57,368 bases of DNA from a virus (lineage: Duplodnaviria > Caudoviricetes). Within the stretch, counting starts at the first letter, position 1, and every line of letters starts with the position of its first letter. The stretch covers positions 1-57,368 of the IMG/VR virus record IMGVR_UViG_3300009610_000033; one strand, given 5' to 3'. The translations under genes were made by a program, and so were the position numbers. Below are positions 35,359 through 43,865 of this stretch, piece by piece. The notes under the pieces were generated by a model. That model made no database searches and had not been told where the DNA came from. It worked only from the letters and a program-made list of their open reading frames with translations.

Positions 35359-36162
35359 ATGAAGATCAACAATCGCACGTTCCTGGCGTTCATCCTTCTC
35401 CTCGTCGTGGCGGGGGTGGCTTCGGCCATCCTCGTCCCGTCGGCCCCGGCCACTGGCGCGCCCGTCCAGCAGAACCGGTTCAACTACCGGGTGCAGGTCC
35501 GCGCCAGCAGCACCGAGCCGGCCCTGTGGGTGCGCCAGAGCGGCGCAGGGAAGGCGTTCGAGGTCCAGGCGGTGCCGACCAACACCGGCACGCCAGGCGT
35601 CAACGGGACGCCGGTGACGGCTCTGTCGGTGGCGAAGTCCGGGGTGACTACCTTCAACCTGCCACTGGCGGTTCCGACCGCCGGTGGCCTGACCCTGGGC
35701 GGCGTGGTCACCAACGCGGTCAACGTCGAACACCGGAACTTCCCGACGTACGCGACGACCAGCTTCACCTACACGGCGGCGGCCGGCGGCACGGTGCCGC
35801 TGTTCACCATCGCGGCGGGTGAGGAATGGGTGGTGCACGGGTTGTGGTTGGAAGTCACTTCCAACTTCAACGCCACCGGCGATGACGTCACCATGCTCAT
35901 CGGCGACGGCAACGACACCGACGGATTCTGTGTGCTCGCCGACGCGGAGTTGCAAGCCGCCGATACCGAGGGCACGGGGTGGAGCGCTGGCTGGCAGTGC
36001 CAGGTGGCTGCTACCAGGGGCGTGTACCAGGACGGGACCGGCGGGTTCATCTACGACGAGGCGTCGACCGAGACGATCGACGCGATCATCGGCGAGACGT
36101 CGGGCACCACCCTCAGTGGTGGCGCCGCGACGGCGCACATCCTCTACACACGGATCGACTGA
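35359..36162 (+). CDS. Signal-peptide-bearing beta-rich protein
   Basis: MKINNRTFLAFILLLVVAGVASAILV followed by Thr/Gly-rich beta strands. Confidence 0.75.
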   Translation: MKINNRTFLAFILLLVVAGVASAILVPSAPATGAPVQQNRFNYRVQVRASSTEPALWVRQSGAGKAFEVQAVPTNTGTPGVNGTPVTALSVAKSGVTTFNLPLAVPTAGGLTLGGVVTNAVNVEHRNFPTYATTSFTYTAAAGGTVPLFTIAAGEEWVVHGLWLEVTSNFNATGDDVTMLIGDGNDTDGFCVLADAELQAADTEGTGWSAGWQCQVAATRGVYQDGTGGFIYDEASTETIDAIIGETSGTTLSGGAATAHILYTRID

Positions 36163-36234
36163 CGGTGATCACGCGGCGGGCGGTCTCGACGACGCCCGCC
36201 GCGGCAGTGCTTATCCGAGAGTCCACAGGAGGCC

Positions 36235-36777
36235 ATGATGTCTGACGGTACGATCTTTGTCGCAGCGCCGCGGAAGCACCCGTTCGACCACCTGGACCCG
36301 GGCAGCCGCCTCGTGTTCAGCGAGTGGGATCGGCGCCACCCGGCCAACCCTGCCTACGCCTCGCCGGCCGCGGAGGTCTGCATCAGCGAGGGCGACGGTG
36401 TCGCGGGCGATCCCGCCCGTGCCAACAACCCGCGCGGCAACCCACCGTGGGAAGTGTGGCCGACGCCAGCCGTGGTCGGGAAGATCACCAGCGGCGACCT
36501 GGTCCGCGTCGAGAAGGGCGAGGACACGAGCGACCTGCAGCTGGACGACAACCAGCTGGCGAGCCTGAACTCGCTGACCGACCGGCAGGTGGCCGGCCTG
36601 ACGAAGCGCGGCTTCGAGACCGTGGAGGACCTGGCCGACAAGATCGGCCGCTCCGACGATCCGCTGGCGATGCTACAGGGCCAGCGCGGCAAGGCCGGCT
36701 CGATGTCCGAGGGAGTCGCGCGGGACCTGCTCAACGAGCTGGTGGCCCGCGGCGCCATCGAGGCCACGGGCTTCTAG
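36235..36777 (+). CDS. Hypothetical protein with HhH-like C-terminus
   Basis: LTKRGFETVEDLA; usual post-capsid position. Confidence 0.7.
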   Translation: MMSDGTIFVAAPRKHPFDHLDPGSRLVFSEWDRRHPANPAYASPAAEVCISEGDGVAGDPARANNPRGNPPWEVWPTPAVVGKITSGDLVRVEKGEDTSDLQLDDNQLASLNSLTDRQVAGLTKRGFETVEDLADKIGRSDDPLAMLQGQRGKAGSMSEGVARDLLNELVARGAIEATGF

Positions 36778-36786
36778 GCACAGGCA

Positions 36787-37341
36787 ATGGCGTACACCCC
36801 GGTGATCGTCGGCACCGCCGACTACGGTGACATCCGTCTGGCGCTCGGCTTCGCGGCCAGCGCCACGACGGACGTTCCCGATACCCTCGTCGAGGGGCGC
36901 AGCTTCCTGCGCTTCGTCGAGGGCAGGGTGCAGGTGGACGTGCCAACGTACGCCACGATCCTCGACACCGGTGATGCCGACTACAGCGCCCAGCGGGCGG
37001 ACGCTCTGAAGAACGGCGTGGTGCTCTGGACGGCCAGCCGCATCGCGGCACTGTGGTTCGGTGCTCGGCAGGGCGAGGAGATCGTCCGCGAGGCCCTCGG
37101 GCCGGCGTCGGTGCAGTTCCGCGAGGGCCCCGGTTGGCAGGAGCTCGCCGAGCGCCTGGCGCAGGAGGCGGCCGGTGAACTGGCGGTGGTCGACCACTGG
37201 GGCGAGACGGCACCGCGAATGGTGCTGTTCGGGAAGTCCGGCCCGACCCGCAAGGCGGCAGACGATGCGGCCGTGGTGGGCACTACGACGTGGCGCGAGC
37301 GATTGTGGCCGCCCGTCGTGAAGGATCGGGACTACCCCTGA
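36787..37341 (+). CDS. Head-tail adaptor (putative)
   Basis: Synteny; DIRLALG...EALGPASVQF. Confidence 0.6.
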   Translation: MAYTPVIVGTADYGDIRLALGFAASATTDVPDTLVEGRSFLRFVEGRVQVDVPTYATILDTGDADYSAQRADALKNGVVLWTASRIAALWFGARQGEEIVREALGPASVQFREGPGWQELAERLAQEAAGELAVVDHWGETAPRMVLFGKSGPTRKAADDAAVVGTTTWRERLWPPVVKDRDYP

Positions 37342-37667
37342 TGCCACGAGGAAGCGGGCTGGGAAGCGTCGTGACCGACCTGGTCGACCGCCGTGGCCAG
37401 AGCGTGGTGCTCGTGCGCGCCGGAGCCGCGCTCGGCGCCCAGGACATGGTGCTGGACGTCTACGTCCTGGGCGCCGGCGAGGTGGCGATGATCGAGGCGG
37501 CCAGTGGCCAGGCTGGACTGACGTCGCTGAAGATCATCGGCGGCACGGACCTGGACATCGACCGCGGCGATCAGTTCGTGGCCGGCGACCTGCAGTACCG
37601 GGTGGTGCTGGTCAGCCCACCCGACGGCGTGCAGCGCATCGCCTACGCCCAGGGGCTGGAACACTGA
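37341..37667 (+). CDS. Head closure protein (putative)
   Basis: DLDIDRGDQF....YRVVLV; synteny. Confidence 0.65.
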   Translation: MPRGSGLGSVVTDLVDRRGQSVVLVRAGAALGAQDMVLDVYVLGAGEVAMIEAASGQAGLTSLKIIGGTDLDIDRGDQFVAGDLQYRVVLVSPPDGVQRIAYAQGLEH

Positions 37668-38302
37668 TGAAGGTGATCGTCGTCACCGGCCACACTGGTG
37701 AGGGGTGGGATGCCATCGCTGCAATCACCTACCCAGGCCTGGCTGCCTACTGCGACCGGCACGGGTATGACCTGACCCGGGCGCCGCTGGCCTCGTGTTC
37801 CGAGGGAAGGCCGGCGTCCTGGGGGAAGGTGCCGGCGCTCATGGCGGCACTGCGCCACGCCGACGTTGCCGTGTGGATCGACGCCGACGCCGTGATGTAC
37901 CCGGTGGCGCCGCCGATCCACGAGGCACTGAAGCACGACGCCTGGCAGGCGATGGTGGTGCACCAGACGCCGGAGGGCACGGTGCCCGGCTGCGGCGTGT
38001 GGGTGGTGACGCGCCCTATGGTGCCCGTGCTGCGCCTGGCGTGGGCGGACTACCGTGACCACCGGTGGTGGGAGCAGGCGGCCATGCAGCGGCTCATGGG
38101 CTTCGAGCCGGACGCGCTGCCGGTGACGCAGCGGCTCGACACAGTAGTGTGGCGACACACTGCACTGCTGGACGCGCGCTGGAGCGTACTGCCGGGCGAC
38201 GATCGCCCGGATCCGTACATGCGCCACGCACCGGGCGGACGGCCGCTGGTGATGCGTGAGGCCATGCTGCGCGAGTGGGCCAGAGAGGCGGTGCCCGCGT
38301 GA
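37667..38302 (+). CDS. GT-A glycosyltransferase, GT34 (GMA12/MNN10)-like
   Basis: YCDRHGYD...SWGKV...VWIDADA (DxD)...WEQAAM. Confidence 0.8.
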   Translation: MKVIVVTGHTGEGWDAIAAITYPGLAAYCDRHGYDLTRAPLASCSEGRPASWGKVPALMAALRHADVAVWIDADAVMYPVAPPIHEALKHDAWQAMVVHQTPEGTVPGCGVWVVTRPMVPVLRLAWADYRDHRWWEQAAMQRLMGFEPDALPVTQRLDTVVWRHTALLDARWSVLPGDDRPDPYMRHAPGGRPLVMREAMLREWAREAVPA

Positions 38303-38700
38303 TCCGCCCCAAGCTCACCTACAAGACCGCCCCACCGACGCGCGCTATCGCGTCCGTCATTCGCATCCCGGACGATGTGAACAAGGCCGTGAACGAGGAG
38401 ATGTCCGCGATCGCGCGCGACATGCAGGTGTATGCCAAGGACAGCCATCCCTGGCAGAACCGCACCGGACGCGCCGAGGAGGGTCTCACCGGATACAGCG
38501 GCGCCTACGGTGGAGCGGTCGCTGGCCCGGGTCGCAAGGTGTTCTACGCGGCGCTCCGGCATGGCAAGGACGTCTTCTACGGCATCTTCCTGGAGGTGAA
38601 GCACGGCGGCCGCTGGGGGATCATCCAGCGCACGCTGGAGGCGTTCGTCGGCCAGATCCCTGGGCGCATCGTGAACGCGATCAACGAGGCGGTGCGCTGA
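38299..38700 (+). CDS. HK97 gp10-like neck protein
   Basis: YAK..HPWQNRTG.A..GL...YGIFLE...GRWGII. Confidence 0.78.
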   Translation: MIRPKLTYKTAPPTRAIASVIRIPDDVNKAVNEEMSAIARDMQVYAKDSHPWQNRTGRAEEGLTGYSGAYGGAVAGPGRKVFYAALRHGKDVFYGIFLEVKHGGRWGIIQRTLEAFVGQIPGRIVNAINEAVR

Positions 38701-39197
38701 TGGGTGCCACCCTCGCCGAGACGATCCGCGAGCTGCTCGTTGCTGACACGTCCTACGCGACGAAGCTGCCAGGTGGGCTGTACCTGGCCGATGAATCCAC
38801 GTACGCCGAGGTCGGAGCTGGTGCCCAGCAGCACCCGATCAACCCGACCGACACGCCGAACGCCTACGTGGCCATCGACGGCACGACGGTGAAGAAGCTC
38901 ACGTGCTGCGGGCTGATCATGACCAGTTCCGAGCCGACGACGAACCGCGGGCAAGGTCGGTCAACGTTCGTCCGCATCTACTTCTACGACTGCATCGGCT
39001 ACGCCCGCACCCGCGCCGCGCGCGAGTGGGCCCGCGGCATCCTCCACGACCGCAAGGTGCTGGCCGGTGGGAAGGGCGTCGAGCTGATGCACTTCACCGA
39101 CCTGACGAACAGCGGTGACGAGAGCCTGCAGGGCGGCGACGGGAAGCGACCGCCGTCGATGGAGCAGAGCACCTATGAAGGGCGAGGTCGATGGTAG
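38700..39197 (+). CDS. Tail terminator (putative)
   Basis: Synteny; VRIYFYD..GY. Confidence 0.6.
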   Translation: MGATLAETIRELLVADTSYATKLPGGLYLADESTYAEVGAGAQQHPINPTDTPNAYVAIDGTTVKKLTCCGLIMTSSEPTTNRGQGRSTFVRIYFYDCIGYARTRAAREWARGILHDRKVLAGGKGVELMHFTDLTNSGDESLQGGDGKRPPSMEQSTYEGRGRW

Positions 39198-40417
39198 CGC
39201 CGGTCGAGCTCTCCTGGTCGGTGGACCCCGGCGCTGGCGGACTGGCCCGTCTGGACGGTCTGCCCTACGACCCGTTCAAGTCCAATGCTGCCGGCTACGG
39301 GAACATGCGCGCCGGCATCTGCCGCGGCTTGGAGGCGCTGGGTGTTGAGTACCGGATCATCCCGGCGCCGTCGTTCCTCGAACGCCTGGTGTCGTGCGAC
39401 CTAGACATGCCCGACGAGTGGCGCGACCGGCCGCACCCGGGCGGCACCCGCTGGCGCCAGCAGTGCCGCGTCACTGAGGTGCGCTCGGAGCCGATCCCCG
39501 ATCTGGTGACACGCCCTGACGTGACCCGCATCTGCATCGGCACCCCTGAGACGTGGACGTGGGGTGGAGCCGGCCGCCGCATTGGCATGACCATGTGGGA
39601 GTCGAGCGCCCTACCCGACGGCCGCAACAGCTGGGTCCCGTGGTTGGAGGACGCCGACGAGGTCCTCGTGCCCTGCGAGCACAACGCCGCGCTGGTGCGG
39701 CGCCAGTCGGCCGCCAGCGTGCGCGTGGTGCCGCTGGCGCTGGACCCGGCAGAGTGGCCGCTGGCGGACCGCACGCGGCGCCCTGGCGCCCCGTTCGTGT
39801 TCCTGCTGTCCGGCCAGCTGTCCTACCGCAAGGGCTGGCTGCACGCCTACCAGGCCTTCATGCTTGCGTTTGGGCGTGATCCGCGGTTCCGCCTGGTGCT
39901 GAAGACGTCGAGCCGATCAGAGCTGTGCGCGCTCGACTCCAAGGACCGGAGCCGCTACGCCTTCTGGTTCGAGGATCCGAACGTCACGGTGCTGCGCAGC
40001 TTCTACAGCCACGCCGGCATGCTGGAGCTGTACCGCCGGGCCGACGCCTTCGTCTGGCCCAGCCTCGGCGAGGGCTACGGCCTTCCGCCACGTGAGGCTG
40101 CGCTGACGGGGCTGCCGGTGATGTCGACGGACAACACAGGTCTGGCCGATGCCGCTGCCTGGGCGTGGCGCACGGTGCGGTCTGAGGAGGCCGCCGGCGT
40201 CGCGGCCATCTTCGGCCCATGGGGCTACTGCGGTCAGTGGGCACAGTTGGACACGGGCGACCTGGCCGCGGCGATGATCGAGATGGTGCAGGAGCGTGAG
40301 CAGGCGGCCGAGTGGACGAGGGACGTCGCGCGGCCGTACCTGAGCGAGCGTAGTTGGACCGACGTGGCGCGGGAGATCCTCGCGCCTCAAACAGCGAGGG
40401 AGGTGCTGTGTGCCTGA
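39191..40417 (+). CDS. GT4 (GT-B) glycosyltransferase
   Basis: TMWES, ADEVLVPC, RKG, and LYRRADAFVWPSLGEGYGLPPREAALTGLPV. Confidence 0.9.
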   Translation: MVAPVELSWSVDPGAGGLARLDGLPYDPFKSNAAGYGNMRAGICRGLEALGVEYRIIPAPSFLERLVSCDLDMPDEWRDRPHPGGTRWRQQCRVTEVRSEPIPDLVTRPDVTRICIGTPETWTWGGAGRRIGMTMWESSALPDGRNSWVPWLEDADEVLVPCEHNAALVRRQSAASVRVVPLALDPAEWPLADRTRRPGAPFVFLLSGQLSYRKGWLHAYQAFMLAFGRDPRFRLVLKTSSRSELCALDSKDRSRYAFWFEDPNVTVLRSFYSHAGMLELYRRADAFVWPSLGEGYGLPPREAALTGLPVMSTDNTGLADAAAWAWRTVRSEEAAGVAAIFGPWGYCGQWAQLDTGDLAAAMIEMVQEREQAAEWTRDVARPYLSERSWTDVAREILAPQTAREVLCA

Positions 40418-40655
40418 AGATGCGAAGGTATTAGGCGGCGACAACCAGGCGCCGAAGGCAGCGCCGGCGACGGTGCCGGTGGTCATGACGGCCGGTCGAC
40501 CGTGGGCGGTCGGAGAGTCGATCGGGCTGTCGAAGGGCTACGCCTTCGAGCCCGGCGTCCCGATCGACGTGAGCAGCGCGGACGCCAAGATCCTCTGCAA
40601 CAAGGACGGGTGGGATGGTCGGCACTTCGAGCGATGTGGCGACGGTAGCCAGTAG
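40410..40655 (+). CDS. Small hypothetical protein
   Basis: RBS GGAGGT with GTG start. Confidence 0.55.
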   Translation: MPEDAKVLGGDNQAPKAAPATVPVVMTAGRPWAVGESIGLSKGYAFEPGVPIDVSSADAKILCNKDGWDGRHFERCGDGSQ

Positions 40656-40992
40656 GCTGCCGGGCGTCGAGGTCATCGAGGTCCGGTGTGAAACCGGGGC
40701 TCTGGCGACGCGCGTCCGCCGCCGGATCGGGGCAGAAGCCCTCGACGGCGAGCGGGCGCTGACTGAGCACTGGTGCCGGAAGTGTCGCGACGTCATCCTG
40801 CGGACGCCAGCCTATCACCGGCTGGAGCGATCGGAGGTGGCGGTCTACCACTATGTGGATCCGGTAGAGGCGCGCGTGGTCGAGACACGGGCGATTCTAT
40901 ACCCGCGGTCCGGGTCGCAGGACCTGAACCACGGGGGCCGGCAGGTGCCGCGCGAGACGTTCGAGGCGGCGCTGAAGCTGGCAGGTTACTAG
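40636..40992 (+). CDS. Hypothetical protein, possible zinc ribbon
   Basis: EVRC...CRKCR...YHY; start uncertain. Confidence 0.55.
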   Translation: MATVASRLPGVEVIEVRCETGALATRVRRRIGAEALDGERALTEHWCRKCRDVILRTPAYHRLERSEVAVYHYVDPVEARVVETRAILYPRSGSQDLNHGGRQVPRETFEAALKLAGY

Positions 40993-41044
40993 GTCATGGA
41001 GCGGAGAGCCCTGAGCGGCCGGATGTGTCAGGAGGCTTTCTGCC

Positions 41045-41629
41045 ATGGCGAAGGACGTCGTCTACGCCGTGGGGCTGCGGGACGTGGGGCTCTATGCCGT
41101 CACGTCTCTCTCGACCCCAACCTATGCAAACAAGGTGGACATGCCCGCCGCGGCCACCATGGAGATCAGCGGCACCTTCACGTCGATCGAGGCGAACGGG
41201 GACGACACCACGGTGTCGACCTGGTCGCTCCCGAACGGTGCGGAGTGGACGCTGGAGCAGAGCACCGCGCTCGATGCGCGTGTGCTGGAGGTGCTGCTGG
41301 GCGGGACGGCGCTGGACTCGAACTCGGGTGCCAGCGAGGTGACGTACTGGGACTTCAAGTCGAATGTCGAGGTCCCGTACTTCGGCTTCATCGGCAAGGC
41401 CATCGACGCGGAGTCGGACGGGGACGTGCACGTGATCGCCTACAAGGCGCGCGTGAACTCGGGCCCGGGCGGCGCGTTCGCGTACGGGGCCTACAAGCCG
41501 GTGAACTGGGGTGGGCGCTGTCTGCCCGACCCGTACGGCAACAACAAGATCTTCCGGATCTTGAACCACGCCACGGAGACGGCTCTGCCGACTGCGTTCC
41601 CGGGCGAGGCGCCGTACACCACGCCGTAG
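41045..41629 (+). CDS. Major tail protein
   Basis: VGLRDV...ANGDD...PYFGFIGKA...DVHVIAYKA; RBS AGGAGG; synteny. Confidence 0.8.
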   Translation: MAKDVVYAVGLRDVGLYAVTSLSTPTYANKVDMPAAATMEISGTFTSIEANGDDTTVSTWSLPNGAEWTLEQSTALDARVLEVLLGGTALDSNSGASEVTYWDFKSNVEVPYFGFIGKAIDAESDGDVHVIAYKARVNSGPGGAFAYGAYKPVNWGGRCLPDPYGNNKIFRILNHATETALPTAFPGEAPYTTP

Positions 41630-41707
41630 TTACGACAACCCAATGACCCCGGGGCGGGTGGTGACCACTTCTCCCACCACCCGCCCACCTCTCTTCAGGA
41701 GTGCAAG

Positions 41708-42547
41708 ATGCCCAAGAGCACGAGCCGCAAGGATCAGCTGATCGCTGATTGCGTCCGTCTCGCTACGATCGTTGGCCGCCTGGCCCGCGATGGAACTGAT
41801 GTCGAATACCGTGCCCGGCTCGGCGCGATGTCGCTGCCCGCGATCGAGAAGGAACGCGGGCAGCTGGAACTCGAAAAGCGCCGCCGCTACACCGCCACCC
41901 CCGACAGCCTAGTGCGTAGCGCCGGCCCGGGCGTGGTGGACCTGCACCTGCGCGATGTTGGACTGATCGTTTTCCTGCAGCGGGTCGACCTGCTGGAGGT
42001 TGTGCTGAACGGCGGCGTAGTGCCTGAGCCGCTGCACCAGCGCGTGCTGGAGATGATCGACGCCGACGACGCCACGGACGAGATGATGGCCGCGTCGAAG
42101 ATGGCCGAGTCCATGCAGGCCATGCGTGCGATTGCCTGCGCGGTGTGTGTGGTGCCGCCAGCGCAGTACTTCGCCGACCCCAACTTCGGTGTGGACCAGA
42201 TGACCGAGCCGCACACCTACGCGCGGCAGTTCGTCATGCCTGGGCAGCCGTGCAAGGACGGTCAGCTGCCGATCTACGTGCCGGAGCTAGAGCCGCGGGC
42301 AGACGGGTGGCGCGGGCTGAAGAAGAACGACCTGCGCTCGATCGTCAAGGCGACGATCGACAACGGACCGGGGGCGATGCTTTCCTTTCGTCTCCGACAG
42401 GAAGACGCTGTGGCGCTGGCACACGACGGCGCAGACGACGGGCCAGCGCCCGAGCCAGCTGTTGGGGATCCCGTACCCGTGGGTGGCAATCGACCTCGAT
42501 CGCGCGGTAAGCGCCTTCGGGTCGTGGGTGGAGGGCAAGATGGCTGA
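41708..42547 (+). CDS. Tail assembly chaperone (G)
   Basis: Directly follows the major tail gene; contains a candidate frameshift site. Confidence 0.7.
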   Translation: MPKSTSRKDQLIADCVRLATIVGRLARDGTDVEYRARLGAMSLPAIEKERGQLELEKRRRYTATPDSLVRSAGPGVVDLHLRDVGLIVFLQRVDLLEVVLNGGVVPEPLHQRVLEMIDADDATDEMMAASKMAESMQAMRAIACAVCVVPPAQYFADPNFGVDQMTEPHTYARQFVMPGQPCKDGQLPIYVPELEPRADGWRGLKKNDLRSIVKATIDNGPGAMLSFRLRQEDAVALAHDGADDGPAPEPAVGDPVPVGGNRPRSRGKRLRVVGGGQDG

Positions 42548-42722
42548 GGCCGCCGAGGGCGTTCGCGGCAAGAAGGGAGTCACGTCCAGCCAGATCCAGT
42601 CCGCGCGGACGACTGCGTTCCAGGCCTGCGTGAACGGGGAAGTGCGCGCGACTCGCAAGCGGAGCAAGGACCCGGCGCAGGTGCAGGCGGCCCTCGTGAT
42701 GTTGGCGAGGGCCAAGGGATGA
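42387..42722 (+). CDS. Tail assembly chaperone frameshift extension (T), +1 frame
   Basis: FVSDRKTLWRW...RPSQLLGI..PWVAIDLDRAV is open from the TCC TTT CGT site and has no good independent RBS. Confidence 0.68.
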   Translation, partial: FVSDRKTLWRWHTTAQTTGQRPSQLLGIPYPWVAIDLDRAVSAFGSWVEGKMAEAAEGVRGKKGVTSSQIQSARTTAFQACVNGEVRATRKRSKDPAQVQAALVMLARAKG

Positions 42723-43051
42723 TCGCCTACATCGTGGTGAAGGTGGCCGAGTCGGACGAGGGTGGAGCTCGGATCGTGGCGACACTTGAGCAGTTCGGGC
42801 CGTCGGTCTATTGGGAGTTCGAGGACGACCGCATCCTGTTCTCCGCTCCGGTGGACATTGGCAAGTTGGTCGACGACTACCGAGCACGCGAGGCCGAGGA
42901 CAAGGCGGCCGCGAAGGTGCACGCCGCGGAGATGGGAAGGCTGACCAGAGCAGCGCAGGCGGAGGCCGAACTGCATGCCGAGCGGATGGGCAGTGCCGTC
43001 CGTGGCCCAGCGGCACTGGCGGCGTTGGGCGCAGCGAAGGGAGTGGCGTGA
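42719..43051 (+). CDS. Hypothetical protein
   Basis: ATGA-coupled to the T frame. Confidence 0.65.
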   Translation: MIAYIVVKVAESDEGGARIVATLEQFGPSVYWEFEDDRILFSAPVDIGKLVDDYRAREAEDKAAAKVHAAEMGRLTRAAQAEAELHAERMGSAVRGPAALAALGAAKGVA

Positions 43052-43305
43052 TGTGGTCGGACTGGTTGATCGAGCATGTGCCGGCGTTGCGAGCTGCAGC
43101 CGACCGTAGGCACGCGGCCGGGCTGATGAGCGGTGCGATGGACGATGCCGGTGTCACCCTCGGCGAGGTGTCCGCAGCGGTGCGGACCCTCACGGCGCCG
43201 CCGTCTGCCGGCATCGACGAGCCCGAACGTCGCGCCAAGCATTCCGCCCGCGTCGCCGAGGCGATGGAGAAGGACGCCGCGGCGAAGTATCGGAGGCTGC
43301 CATGA
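43051..43305 (+). CDS. Hypothetical protein
   Basis: Coupled to both neighbours. Confidence 0.55.
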   Translation: MWSDWLIEHVPALRAAADRRHAAGLMSGAMDDAGVTLGEVSAAVRTLTAPPSAGIDEPERRAKHSARVAEAMEKDAAAKYRRLP

Positions 43306-43796
43306 ACATCGCAGAGCGCTATCCGAGCGAGTCGCCCCACCGCGCTCTGGCCGAATGGCTGGACTCGTGGGCCACCCAGGACTGGGACCGGATGGTGATG
43401 GCAAACGTCCCGACATGGCGCAACCGCCAGGAGGATCCACGTGGTGCCCTGGTAGGTGCGTACGAACACTTGCGCCTAGTGGGGTGGTCCGTTCCGATGA
43501 AGAAGCCGGTGCCCGTCGCACGGGTGGACAACCCGATGCTGTCCGATGGGCGGCCGTTCATCGTGTTCTGCGACGTGCCCTGCCGTGCTCGGTTCGTGGT
43601 GATGGGCGTAGGAGAGGACGGCGAGCCAGTGGCGATCAAGGAAGTGGCCACCACGATCGTTGCGCGGCTCGTGCGCGAGACCGTGGACGGACTGCCAGCT
43701 GAGCGCGACAACCCGGCCGGCCGCTGGTGGGTGAACCCGGTGTCGATGACGAGGGGTGATCCTGCCCGAACCAAGGTTCGGACGCTGGCAGCGTAG
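43302..43796 (+). CDS. Hypothetical protein
   Basis: RBS GGAGG with ATGA overlap; ARLVRE...GRWWVNPVS. Confidence 0.7.
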   Translation: MNIAERYPSESPHRALAEWLDSWATQDWDRMVMANVPTWRNRQEDPRGALVGAYEHLRLVGWSVPMKKPVPVARVDNPMLSDGRPFIVFCDVPCRARFVVMGVGEDGEPVAIKEVATTIVARLVRETVDGLPAERDNPAGRWWVNPVSMTRGDPARTKVRTLAA

Positions 43797-43865
43797 TCCA
43801 CAGGTAGCACCCAGGCCATAGCGCGCATGACGCCCGGCCGCGAGAAGCGGAAGGGCGTTGGCGCA

